Source: Frederiksenia canicola
Lineage (GTDB): Bacteria; Pseudomonadota; Gammaproteobacteria; Enterobacterales; Pasteurellaceae
Assembly: GCF_011455495.1 (NCBI RefSeq)
Contig: NZ_CP015029.1
Coordinates: 712,740-744,739, forward strand
Length of the DNA stretch: 32,000 bases
Direction: 5' to 3'
Below the pieces are notes generated by a model. It had not been told where the DNA came from. It saw nothing but the letters and a program-made list of their open reading frames with translations, and ran no database searches. Positions 1-7,843 of this stretch are shown here, piece by piece. The translations under genes were made by a program, and so were the position numbers. Position 1 is the first letter of the stretch; each line of letters begins with the position of its first letter.

Positions 1-1498
1 AACGGTAGAATTTCTCCTTCGCTTGTTTATCCACTGGCAGCATATCGAAAATCGCTCCACCATTGTTGTTGATGATAAACAGGATAGTCGGTTGGTTGAT
101 CTGCTTTAACAATGCCAGGGAGTTGAGATCGTGTAAGGCAGAAATGTCTCCGATCACCCCTACCGTTGGTGCACCGGAACCCTTCGCCACGCCTGCCATC
201 GTGGCAATTAAGCCGTCAATGCCGCTTGCCCCACGGTTGGTATAAATAGGATAGCCTTCCGGCAATTTGCATAGAGCATCAACCAAGCGAACAAACAAGC
301 TGTTGCCTAAAAACAGATTGCCGTTGGCGGGAAGCACCCGCTCAATATGATGTGCTAAGCCCGCTTCATTTAAATTACCGCCAATTTGCTGCTCGATAAA
401 TCCCGCACAGAATTGTGACAAGGCAAGTGGTTCAAGTAACCACGGTTTTTGCCGAAGGGGCGGGTGCACGCGTGTGAAGTGGTGAGCTTTGGCGATAAAA
501 CGTGTTTGTGGGTGAGCGAATGGATTGAGATAATCTTTCGATTGCTCCACCAGCCAATATTCTCCTTGGAAAGCGGATAGGAACTGGTTTACTCGTTTGC
601 TGACGATTTGCGAACCGAATTGGATCACAATATCTGCTTGCAATAAACGCTGCTCAACGGTTTTGTTCGACAGCCACACGTCCGCAAAAGGCAGGCTGGC
701 TTCAATGCCCGATTGGACATCGCTAATCAAGCACCAACCAAGCGTTTCTGCCCACAGTTTCAAGCCCATTCCTTGCTCAAGCGGCAGTTTCCCAACAATG
801 GCCACCCCCCGTTTGGTTCGCCAGTAGTCCCAATTTTCGTGCATTAACACATCTTTTTGAGTGGCTTGTTGGTCGATCCACTTCGTTTTCGGTTGATTTA
901 GCCAGCGTTGGATCGGTGTGAGCCAAGGATCTTGCCCAATCGCGGTTTCATCGGCATCGTATAACGGTTCAGCAAAGGGTAAATTGAAATGCAATACACC
1001 GCCTTGCTCTGCCTGCTTGGTGCAGGCGTGTTCTACAGTCGCAATGAGCCAATTTGGGCTGAAATTTGCATTCGGTTTCGGTAGGTTGAGATTAACAAGC
1101 GGGTAGTTTCCAAACAAATTTTGCTGATCGATAGCTTGGTTTGCCCCACAGCCAATCAATTCAGGCGGACGATCCGCAGAAAGTATAATGAGTTTCTCGT
1201 GATTAATACTCGCCTCGATGACAGCGGGTAATAGATTAGCAACGGCGGTACCGGATGTGACAATAATTGCGACAGGATCCTTTGTTGTTTTAGCAATACC
1301 TAATGCAAAGAAACCCAATCCACGTTCGTCGAAATGACTATGACATTCAGCAATACCTTGTTGTTGGATCAGTAATGCCTCTAAAGTTAAAGGCGTGGAG
1401 CGAGAACCTGGTGCAATACAAAAATGTTTCACGCCATAATGAGTAAGGGCATTGATGATCACTCTTGCCCAACAACGATTAAAGGTGCTGATATTCAT
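1..1498 (-). CDS. menD: 2-succinyl-5-enolpyruvyl-6-hydroxy-3-cyclohexene-1-carboxylate synthase (MenD); C-terminal end lies outside the window
   Basis: My own minus-strand translation from the ATG at 1498-1496 reads MNISTFNRCWARVIINALTHYGVKHFCIAPGSRSTPLTLEALL... A ThDP-binding motif (GDISALHDLNS...NNNGGAIFDML) is encoded near 60-160. The frame stays open for 499 codons down to base 2. The ORF is missing from the track because it has no stop inside the window. Confidence 0.9.
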   Translation of the reverse strand, partial: MNISTFNRCWARVIINALTHYGVKHFCIAPGSRSTPLTLEALLIQQQGIAECHSHFDERGLGFFALGIAKTTKDPVAIIVTSGTAVANLLPAVIEASINHEKLIILSADRPPELIGCGANQAIDQQNLFGNYPLVNLNLPKPNANFSPNWLIATVEHACTKQAEQGGVLHFNLPFAEPLYDADETAIGQDPWLTPIQRWLNQPKTKWIDQQATQKDVLMHENWDYWRTKRGVAIVGKLPLEQGMGLKLWAETLGWCLISDVQSGIEASLPFADVWLSNKTVEQRLLQADIVIQFGSQIVSKRVNQFLSAFQGEYWLVEQSKDYLNPFAHPQTRFIAKAHHFTRVHPPLRQKPWLLEPLALSQFCAGFIEQQIGGNLNEAGLAHHIERVLPANGNLFLGNSLFVRLVDALCKLPEGYPIYTNRGASGIDGLIATMAGVAKGSGAPTVGVIGDISALHDLNSLALLKQINQPTILFIINNNGGAIFDMLPVDKQAKEKFYR

Positions 1499-1519
1499 AT
1501 ATTTCTCTTAATTAAAATT

Positions 1520-1529
1520 ACAAGCGGTC
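1520..1529 (+). repeat. Apl-type uptake signal sequence core ACAAGCGGTC, followed after 14 nt by ATTTGCAAA (1544-1552)
   Basis: Exact 10-mer, located in the intergenic region between the menD start and the MFS gene stop. Confidence 0.85.
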
Positions 1530-1574
1530 GGATTGTAACAAAAATTTGCAAAAATAGAGAGTCTATTTCCGTCT

Positions 1575-1614
1575 CAGAAAAAATAGAGCAAGTGGATATT
1601 CCCCCTTGCTCTAT
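1575..1614 (-). terminator. Rho-independent terminator downstream of the MFS transporter gene
   Basis: Perfect 10-bp stem ATAGAGCAAG (1583-1592) / CTTGCTCTAT (1605-1614) with a 12-nt loop. The A6 run at 1577-1582 is a U-run on the minus-strand transcript. Confidence 0.7.
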
Positions 1615-1627
1615 GCTATGTGTATGA

Positions 1628-3211
1628 TTAATGCACTTTCTGCGCACCGACAAAATGCTTCACTTTCGGTTTATCGCCTTGGTGGAAAGCATTGACTTCT
1701 GCTTGTAAATCAGCATCTGCTTGAGAAACTCGGTGGTGCTGGCGTAAATGCTCAGCCCAACTTTCCACAAAGAACCATTCGATAAAATGATTTGGTTTTT
1801 CCACATCTTCCAATACACCCCACGCATAAGCACCGTCTTTACGGCGTTGTTCGGCAAGTTGGTGTAACTTACTTAAGAAAGCTGATTGGTTTTCTGAGTT
1901 GATTTGGTATTCCACCTGAATCATGACTGGTGAGCGGTCAAGTGCCACATCGGAATGGGTATGCGGTTGTTCCCAATGGTTCGACGGATTGAGATCATCT
2001 TCGCCCTGTGGCAATTTTTTGCGGTATGCCAACGCATTAGCAATGACTAAGGCAACACCCGCTACCACTAAGGTGCTTGGTAAGCCGATGTATTGTGCCA
2101 CCGCTCCCCAGCTTAAACTACCCAACGTCATTGCACCATTGAAGACGGTTAAATAAATCGCTAAAGAGCGACCACGCACCCAGTTAGGTAAAATGGATTG
2201 TGCAACACTGTTTAAAGTAGTGAGGGCAGTAATCCAAGCGAAACCAAGTAAGCAAAGAGCAGGAATTGCTGTCCATTTTGATGGTGAGAGTGCTAAAAAG
2301 CCCATCACAATGGCACTGAGAATAGCTGCACTGAGTAAAAGTTGGTCGGAATTTAGGCGTCTTCTTAAACGTGGCAATAACACAGCCCCGATAATCGCTC
2401 CCACACCAACAACCGCTAATAAAATACCGTAGAACCCTGCAGTGCCTTCTAATAATTGGCGAGCGACTAAAGGCAATAACGCCCATACGGCACTAGCAAA
2501 TAGGAAAAAGAAAATCGCTCTAAATAAGATGATATGTAAGGCTTTACTTGAGCGTGCGTAACGTAAGCCTGCACGAAATGCCCCTGTGAAATCCTCTGCC
2601 AGTTCGTCCGTTTCTTTTTTCGCCCGTTTCCACCAGATCAAGGCAGCAATCACGAAAGCGTAGCTGATCACATCAATACCATAGGCAAACGAAGCACCAA
2701 GTTGGGCTAAGACGACACCGCCAATGGCAGGTCCGATGGCACGAGAAATGTTGATGCCTAATGAATTGAGTGCAACGGCATTTTTTAAATCAGCGCGAGA
2801 AACCAATTCAGGCACAATGGCTTGCCAAGTAGGTGCCATTAAGGCTGCACCAACGCCACCGATAAAGGTGAATAACACTAAGGTAGTGACAGATTGCAAA
2901 CCTGTAGCAGAAAGGAACATTAAGCTTGCGCTACTAAATGCGAGGATAAATTGAATGCCGATAAGGAATTTGCGTCTATCTAAAATATCCGCCATCACGC
3001 CCGCAGGAATGGCGAGTAGGAAAATCGGCAAGGTGGTCGCTGCTTGAATAAGGGAAACTGCAGCAGGTGATGCAGAAAGATCGGTAATTAACCAGCCACT
3101 TGCTACATCTCGAATAAAGCTCCCCACGTTACCCAAGACGGTGGCAATCCATAACACTAAGAAGAGCTTTTGTTTTAGCGGTGCAAAACCGCTTTGTTCT
3201 GATACGCTCAT
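1628..3211 (-). CDS. MFS transporter (MFS_3 / enterobactin-exporter-like family) with a soluble C-terminal domain of about 100 aa
   Basis: 527-aa ORF with about 12 hydrophobic segments and N-terminal MFS-like motifs (LWIATVLGNVGSFIRDVASGWL, MADILDRRK). A GGAG sequence lies just upstream of the ATG at 3211. Confidence 0.85.
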   Translation of the reverse strand: MSVSEQSGFAPLKQKLFLVLWIATVLGNVGSFIRDVASGWLITDLSASPAAVSLIQAATTLPIFLLAIPAGVMADILDRRKFLIGIQFILAFSSASLMFLSATGLQSVTTLVLFTFIGGVGAALMAPTWQAIVPELVSRADLKNAVALNSLGINISRAIGPAIGGVVLAQLGASFAYGIDVISYAFVIAALIWWKRAKKETDELAEDFTGAFRAGLRYARSSKALHIILFRAIFFFLFASAVWALLPLVARQLLEGTAGFYGILLAVVGVGAIIGAVLLPRLRRRLNSDQLLLSAAILSAIVMGFLALSPSKWTAIPALCLLGFAWITALTTLNSVAQSILPNWVRGRSLAIYLTVFNGAMTLGSLSWGAVAQYIGLPSTLVVAGVALVIANALAYRKKLPQGEDDLNPSNHWEQPHTHSDVALDRSPVMIQVEYQINSENQSAFLSKLHQLAEQRRKDGAYAWGVLEDVEKPNHFIEWFFVESWAEHLRQHHRVSQADADLQAEVNAFHQGDKPKVKHFVGAQKVH

Positions 3212-3223
3212 TTTATCTCCAAA

Positions 3224-3233
3224 ACAAGCGGTC
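3224..3233 (+). repeat. Apl-type USS core ACAAGCGGTC
   Basis: Exact 10-mer. It forms the left arm of the intercistronic hairpin at 3228-3287. Confidence 0.85.
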
Positions 3234-3287
3234 GGAATTGGGGGAGAATTTGCACGTTGTATTTAAAATTCCCCCAAAACCGACCGC
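3228..3287 (-). terminator. Intercistronic USS hairpin (terminator or attenuator-like) between the amidohydrolase stop and the MFS start
   Basis: GCGGTCGG (3228-3235) pairs with CCGACCGC (3280-3287), and GGGGGA (3240-3245) pairs with TCCCCC (3270-3275). On the minus-strand transcript the stem is followed by UUGUUUUGG and then the GGAG and ATG of the MFS gene. Confidence 0.5.
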
Positions 3288-3291
3288 ACTT
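3283..3291 (-). repeat. Hin-type USS core AAGTGCGGT (read on the minus strand)
   Basis: The plus strand reads ACCGCACTT, which is the right arm of the same hairpin. Confidence 0.7.
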
Positions 3292-3294
3292 AAC

Positions 3295-5190
3295 TTATAC
3301 CATCCAGCAAGAACAGCCTAATGCACCGAAGAAACTTTTTAGGTCTGAACTTGGAATAGATGATCCCCAAGCTTTTGCGTGATCATGTCCATGTAATCCG
3401 CAAGAGCTTGCACAACCACAGCTAGCAATGGCTTGTTGGCGAATTGGTGAAAGTGAGTTTTTGCCTGCACCTTCAGGATCGCCCCAAGCGGCAAAGCCTT
3501 TAAATTTGCGAGTTGGTGACCAATCTGGCATCGCTGGCGGAAGTGGATTTTCATCTAAGGAAGCAAAGTCTCCATCACCAAACACAATACGTCCACCCAC
3601 AACGGTTAAATGTGAGGTTAAGAAAGAAATCTCATCTTCTGGAACAGTAAAGTAATCTTTACTTGGCACGATGAAATCCGCAAATTGCCCTACTTCAATA
3701 CGTCCACGTTTGCCTTCTTCATTAGAGAACCAAGCCACATTTTCCGTCCACATACGCAGAGCGGTTTCACGATCAAGTAAATTGCGTTGTGGATATAAAT
3801 GCGTACCGCCAACGGTGTTACCTGTAGTGAGCCAAGAGAGCGATACCCAAGGATTATAGGAAGCAACACGGGTTGCATCTGTTCCTGCCGATGTTTTCAC
3901 GCCGCTTTCCAAAATACGTTTAACAGGTGGTGTCGCTTCTGCGGCAACCGCACCATAACGCTCGACAAAATATTCCCCTTGATATGCCATACGATGTTGT
4001 ACAGCAACGCCACCGCCTAATTCGGCAATACGGTCAATGGATTTTTCGGAAATGGTTTCTGCATGGTCAAAGAACCAGTTAATGCCTTTTAGTGGAATAT
4101 CCTTATTTACTTTCTCAAACACATCTAAGGCACGAGAAATCGTTTCATCGTAAGTGGCGTGTAAACGCCAAGGCCATTTGTTTTCGGCAAGAATACGCAC
4201 CACTTCTTCCAAATCACCTTCCATTTCAGGCGGCATATCTGGACGTGGTTGGCGGAAGTCTTCAAAGTCTGCCGCTGAGAACACCAACATTTCCCCCGCA
4301 CCATTGTGACGGAAATAGTCTGTACCTTGCTTATATTTCACCGAAGATGTCCAACGTAAGAAGTCTTCTTTCTCTTCTTTTGGCTTTTGCGTAAATAAGT
4401 TATAGGCAATACGCACAGTGAGCTGATTTTCGTCCGATAATTTTTGAATGACTTCATAATTATCAGGATAATTTTGGAAACCACCGCCTGCATCAATCAC
4501 GCCCGTTACGCCTAAGCGGTTCAGTTCACGCATAAAATGGCGAGTAGAGTTGAGCTGATACTCAAAGGGTAATTTTGGTCCTTTAGCAAGGGTTGAATAT
4601 AAAATCATCGCATTCGGTTTAGCCAATAATAAGCCCGTTGGATTGCCCTTGCTATCACGCAGAATTTCACCGCCCACAGGATTTGGCGTATCTTTGGTAT
4701 AACCCACCGCTCTTAATGCTGCACCATTTAATAGTGCACGATCATAAAGGTGCAAAATAAAGACTGGCGTATCTGGTGCAATAGCGTTGATTTCTTGAAT
4801 AGTTGGCAGGCGTTTTTCTACGAATTGATGTTCCGTAAAACCACCGACCACACGCACCCATTGCGGAGCAGGCGTAATATCCACTTGTGCTTTGAGCATT
4901 GCCATTGCATCAGCAAGGCTACGAACGCCGTCCCAACGTAATTCTAAGTTGTAATTCAAACCGCCACGAATAATGTGGGTATGGTTATCAAATAAGCCTG
5001 GCAGAACACCCTTGCCTTTCAGGTCGATACAACGTGTTTTTTCAGTGGCAAGTGGCATCACTTCCGCATCGCTACCCACTGCTAAAAATTTGCCGTCTTT
5101 GATCGCAACCGCTTGAGCAACAGGTTGTGCACGATTAAGCGTAGTGATTTTTCCGTTATAGAAAATGAGATCAGGAATTTGTACTGTCAT
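3295..5190 (-). CDS. Amidohydrolase-3 family metal-dependent hydrolase (YtcJ-like) with a Cys/His-rich C-terminal tail
   Basis: 631-aa ORF. The N-terminus (LIFYNGKITTL...AVAIKDGKFLAVGSD...GLFDNHTHIIRGG) shows the typical amidohydrolase beta-sandwich plus HxH metal motif. The tail reads CGCASSCGLHGHDHAKAW...GALGCSCWMV. Confidence 0.85.
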   Translation of the reverse strand: MTVQIPDLIFYNGKITTLNRAQPVAQAVAIKDGKFLAVGSDAEVMPLATEKTRCIDLKGKGVLPGLFDNHTHIIRGGLNYNLELRWDGVRSLADAMAMLKAQVDITPAPQWVRVVGGFTEHQFVEKRLPTIQEINAIAPDTPVFILHLYDRALLNGAALRAVGYTKDTPNPVGGEILRDSKGNPTGLLLAKPNAMILYSTLAKGPKLPFEYQLNSTRHFMRELNRLGVTGVIDAGGGFQNYPDNYEVIQKLSDENQLTVRIAYNLFTQKPKEEKEDFLRWTSSVKYKQGTDYFRHNGAGEMLVFSAADFEDFRQPRPDMPPEMEGDLEEVVRILAENKWPWRLHATYDETISRALDVFEKVNKDIPLKGINWFFDHAETISEKSIDRIAELGGGVAVQHRMAYQGEYFVERYGAVAAEATPPVKRILESGVKTSAGTDATRVASYNPWVSLSWLTTGNTVGGTHLYPQRNLLDRETALRMWTENVAWFSNEEGKRGRIEVGQFADFIVPSKDYFTVPEDEISFLTSHLTVVGGRIVFGDGDFASLDENPLPPAMPDWSPTRKFKGFAAWGDPEGAGKNSLSPIRQQAIASCGCASSCGLHGHDHAKAWGSSIPSSDLKSFFGALGCSCWMV

Positions 5191-5452
5191 TCTTTTCTCC
5201 TTTTATGTGTAATGAATGTTTACCCGGTAATTGACCCAGAACATGCTCCGTTGTTTGAGTGGCGTGGCAGGCATTCACAAAATCATTGCCTTTAAAAAGC
5301 TGTTTTGCGACGGGGATCATTTGCTCGCCGAGTAAAATTCCGAGCAGCCCGACTAATGCCACGATAGGTGGTGCAGGAGAGCGAACATCTAAAGCATAAT
5401 AGATGACGCCAACTAAGACACCCACACCAAATGTGAGAAGATAAAGTTTCAT
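5171..5452 (-). CDS. Small membrane protein, XapX/DUF1427-like
   Basis: I trimmed the track ORF 5171..5512 to the ATG at 5452-5450, which is preceded by AGGTGA. The product starts MKLYLLTFGVGVLVGVIYYALDVRSPAPPIVALVGLLGILLGEQ, matching the XapX-domain pattern as I remember it. It overlaps the downstream amidohydrolase start by 20 nt. Confidence 0.55.
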   Translation of the reverse strand: MKLYLLTFGVGVLVGVIYYALDVRSPAPPIVALVGLLGILLGEQMIPVAKQLFKGNDFVNACHATQTTEHVLGQLPGKHSLHIKGEKNDSTNS

Positions 5453-5467
5453 TCGATCACCTATAAA

Positions 5468-5477
5468 ACAAGCGGTG
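5468..5477 (+). repeat. Apl-type USS variant ACAAGCGGTG, followed after 14 nt by TTTTGCAAA
   Basis: The first 9 bases (ACAAGCGGT) are exact. It forms the left arm of the hairpin at 5472-5510. Confidence 0.75.
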
Positions 5478-5510
5478 TGATTTTGACAAATTTTTGCAAA
5501 ATCACACCGC
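5472..5510 (-). terminator. Intercistronic USS hairpin downstream of the ycaC-like gene
   Basis: Perfect 14-bp stem GCGGTGTGATTTTG (5472-5485) / CAAAATCACACCGC (5497-5510) with an 11-nt loop. On the minus-strand transcript it is followed by UUGUUUUAU and then the SD and ATG of the XapX-like gene. Confidence 0.6.
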
Positions 5511-5514
5511 ACTT
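5506..5514 (-). repeat. Hin-type USS core AAGTGCGGT (read on the minus strand)
   Basis: The plus strand reads ACCGCACTT, the right arm of the hairpin. Confidence 0.7.
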
Positions 5515-5540
5515 TATTAAGCGTTAAATTTTAAGCGATA

Positions 5541-6227
5541 TTATTTCGCAGGGTTTGGACCGATACGCTCACCATGTTCAACACGCTCAGGTGCTTTGTG
5601 AACCATTGTATAAGCATAGTCAACACCCATACCGTAAGCACCTGAATGCTCTTTCACGATATCAAGCACTGCATCATAGGTATCTTTCTTAGCCCAGTCA
5701 CGTTGCCACTCAAGTAACACTTGTTGCCAAGTTACAGGAATAATGCCTGCTTGAGTCATGCGATCCATCGCATATTTGTGTGCTTCTACTGAAGTACCAC
5801 CTGATGCATCTGCAACCATATAGATTTCATAGTCGCCTTCTAAAGCTGCACATAAAGCGAAACTTAAGTTACACACTTCTGTCCATAAACCCGCAACGAT
5901 TACTTTTTTACGGCCATTTGCGGCTAACGCATCACGCACGTTTTGATCATCCCAAGAGTTCATTGAAGTACGCTCAAGGATTTTGTGATCAGGGAATACC
6001 GCTAATAATTCTGGGTAAGTGTGACCAGAGAAGCCATCAGTTTCAACGGTTGTGATTGTCGTTGGAATATTGAATACTTTTGCTGATTTTGCTAATGCAA
6101 CCACGTTATTTTTTAAGGTCTGGCGATCGATTGATTGAACACCAAACGCCATTTGTGGTTGGTGATCAATAAAAATAAGTTGGCTGTTTTCTGGGGTTAA
6201 AACTTCAAGAAATTTACGATTTGACAT
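5541..6227 (-). CDS. ycaC: Isochorismatase-family cysteine hydrolase, YcaC-like
   Basis: I trimmed the track ORF to MSNRKF (ATG at 6227-6225, with GGAGA 6 nt upstream). It is collinear with E. coli YcaC as recalled (IDHQ, FNIPTTITT, WTEVC with the catalytic Cys, MVADASGG, DRMTQAG, WQRDW). Confidence 0.85.
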   Translation of the reverse strand: MSNRKFLEVLTPENSQLIFIDHQPQMAFGVQSIDRQTLKNNVVALAKSAKVFNIPTTITTVETDGFSGHTYPELLAVFPDHKILERTSMNSWDDQNVRDALAANGRKKVIVAGLWTEVCNLSFALCAALEGDYEIYMVADASGGTSVEAHKYAMDRMTQAGIIPVTWQQVLLEWQRDWAKKDTYDAVLDIVKEHSGAYGMGVDYAYTMVHKAPERVEHGERIGPNPAK

Positions 6228-6353
6228 AGTCATTCTCCATTGAAAATAAAAAAACACTGTAGTAACAAATCGGCCGATTCATTGGTAGCGAGTGTAATTG
6301 TTTTTTTATGATGGATAAATGACTGTTTTATTGATTGTTTATTTCTTTTTTTG

Positions 6354-6392
6354 AAATAAATGAGCTATTTAGACGACATAGCTCATTTATTT
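6354..6392 (-). terminator. Hairpin downstream of hemL
   Basis: Perfect 15-bp inverted repeat AAATAAATGAGCTAT (6354-6368) / ATAGCTCATTTATTT (6378-6392) with a 9-nt loop. The stem is AT-rich and its ends are U-rich in both orientations. Confidence 0.5.
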
Positions 6393-6410
6393 TTAGAGAA
6401 TAATTGAGGA

Positions 6411-7694
6411 TTATTTCATCTCTGCAAAAGCCAAATCCGCCATTGCCAAGGTATAAGCAATATCTTCATCGCTATGTGCAAGGGACATAAAGCCCGCTTC
6501 AAAAGCACTTGGTGCAAGGTAAACGCCTTTTTCAAGCATTTTGTGGAAGAAGGTGTTGAAGGCTTGCACATCACATTTCATCACATCTGCATAGCTTTCC
6601 ACTTTGGTTTGCTCGGTAAAGAATAAGCCAAACATACCGCCGACATATTGTACTGTAAACGGAATATTGTGCTTATCCGCAAGGGTTTTGAAGCCTTCCG
6701 CCAAGGTTTTGGTTTTCATGGCAAGCAGTTGCTCATTGCCTTCTTTAGCAAGCTCCGTTAAACAAGCTAAGCCAGCAGACATCGCAATCGGGTTACCCGA
6801 TAAAGTCCCAGCTTGGTAAACTGGACCAGTTGGTGCAATATATTCCATTATTTCTTTTTTACCACCAAAAGCACCGACAGGCATTCCGCCGCCAATGATT
6901 TTGCCGAGTGTGGTGAGATCTGGGGTGACGCCGTAGTAAGCCTGTGCACCGCCTAATGCGACTCGGAAGCCGGTCATCACTTCGTCAATAATAAAGACTG
7001 CACCATATTGTGTACAAAGCTCACGCAAGCCTTGTAAGAAATGCGCTTTTGGCGGAATACAGTTCATATTGCCTGCAACAGGTTCAATAATTAAGCAAGC
7101 AATTTCATTTGGATATTGTTCAAAGGCTTGTTTCACCGAATCTAAATTGTTGTATTCGCAGGTGAGTGTGTGCTTGGCAAAATCTTCTGGCACACCTGGC
7201 GAGCTTGGCTGACCAAGGGTTAAAGCTCCAGAGCCTGCTTTGACTAATAGTGAATCGGAATGCCCGTGGTAACAGCCTTCAAACTTGATGATTTTATCTC
7301 TGCCCGTATAGCCACGAGCCAAACGAATAGCTGACATTGTCGCTTCCGTACCCGAGCTCACCATACGCACCATTTCAATCGACGGCACAAGTTTGCAGAC
7401 TAATTCTGCCAACTCAATTTCAATCGCCGTAGGGGCACCAAAACTCAAGCCATTTGGCACTGCGTGTAACACGGCATCAATAATCGCAGGGTGATTGTGC
7501 CCAAGCACCATTGGCCCCCAAGAGCCAACGTAATCAATATAACGCTTGCCTTCGCTGTCGGTGATATAGGCCCCTTTGGCACTTTCAATAAACACTGGCG
7601 TGCCACCCACGCCTTTAAATGCACGCACCGGCGAGTTCACGCCACCAGGGATCACTTTTTGGGCTTTTTCGAAGAGAGATTGAGATGAAGTCAT
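6411..7694 (-). CDS. hemL: Glutamate-1-semialdehyde 2,1-aminomutase
   Basis: 427-aa ORF: [36 protein letters not shown]...GTLSGNP... This is the unmistakable HemL class-III aminotransferase pattern. Confidence 0.95.
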   Translation of the reverse strand: MTSSQSLFEKAQKVIPGGVNSPVRAFKGVGGTPVFIESAKGAYITDSEGKRYIDYVGSWGPMVLGHNHPAIIDAVLHAVPNGLSFGAPTAIEIELAELVCKLVPSIEMVRMVSSGTEATMSAIRLARGYTGRDKIIKFEGCYHGHSDSLLVKAGSGALTLGQPSSPGVPEDFAKHTLTCEYNNLDSVKQAFEQYPNEIACLIIEPVAGNMNCIPPKAHFLQGLRELCTQYGAVFIIDEVMTGFRVALGGAQAYYGVTPDLTTLGKIIGGGMPVGAFGGKKEIMEYIAPTGPVYQAGTLSGNPIAMSAGLACLTELAKEGNEQLLAMKTKTLAEGFKTLADKHNIPFTVQYVGGMFGLFFTEQTKVESYADVMKCDVQAFNTFFHKMLEKGVYLAPSAFEAGFMSLAHSDEDIAYTLAMADLAFAEMK

Positions 7695-7843
7695 AGCAAA
7701 TCCTTAATTTAATAAAATGACTGACATTGTACTGTAAAAACATTGAAAATCCTTGCCACCAAGCGGAAAAAAATTGAGAGTTTCTGCGGTTATGTTATGC
7801 TTCATGGCAATTTTATCGGTGATTTTTAGGACAAGCGAAAACG

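Noticed and set aside
63-1627. Plus-strand ORFs 63..245, 597..827, 918..1106 and 1424..1627.
   Set aside because: They are antisense to the clearly recognisable menD reading frame or lie in its promoter region, and they have no homology signal.
7784-7794. CTGCGGTTATG upstream of wecA as a possible ops/JUMPstart (RfaH) element.
   Set aside because: Only about 5 of the 8 bases of the ops core GGCGGTAG match, and no JUMPstart context is visible.
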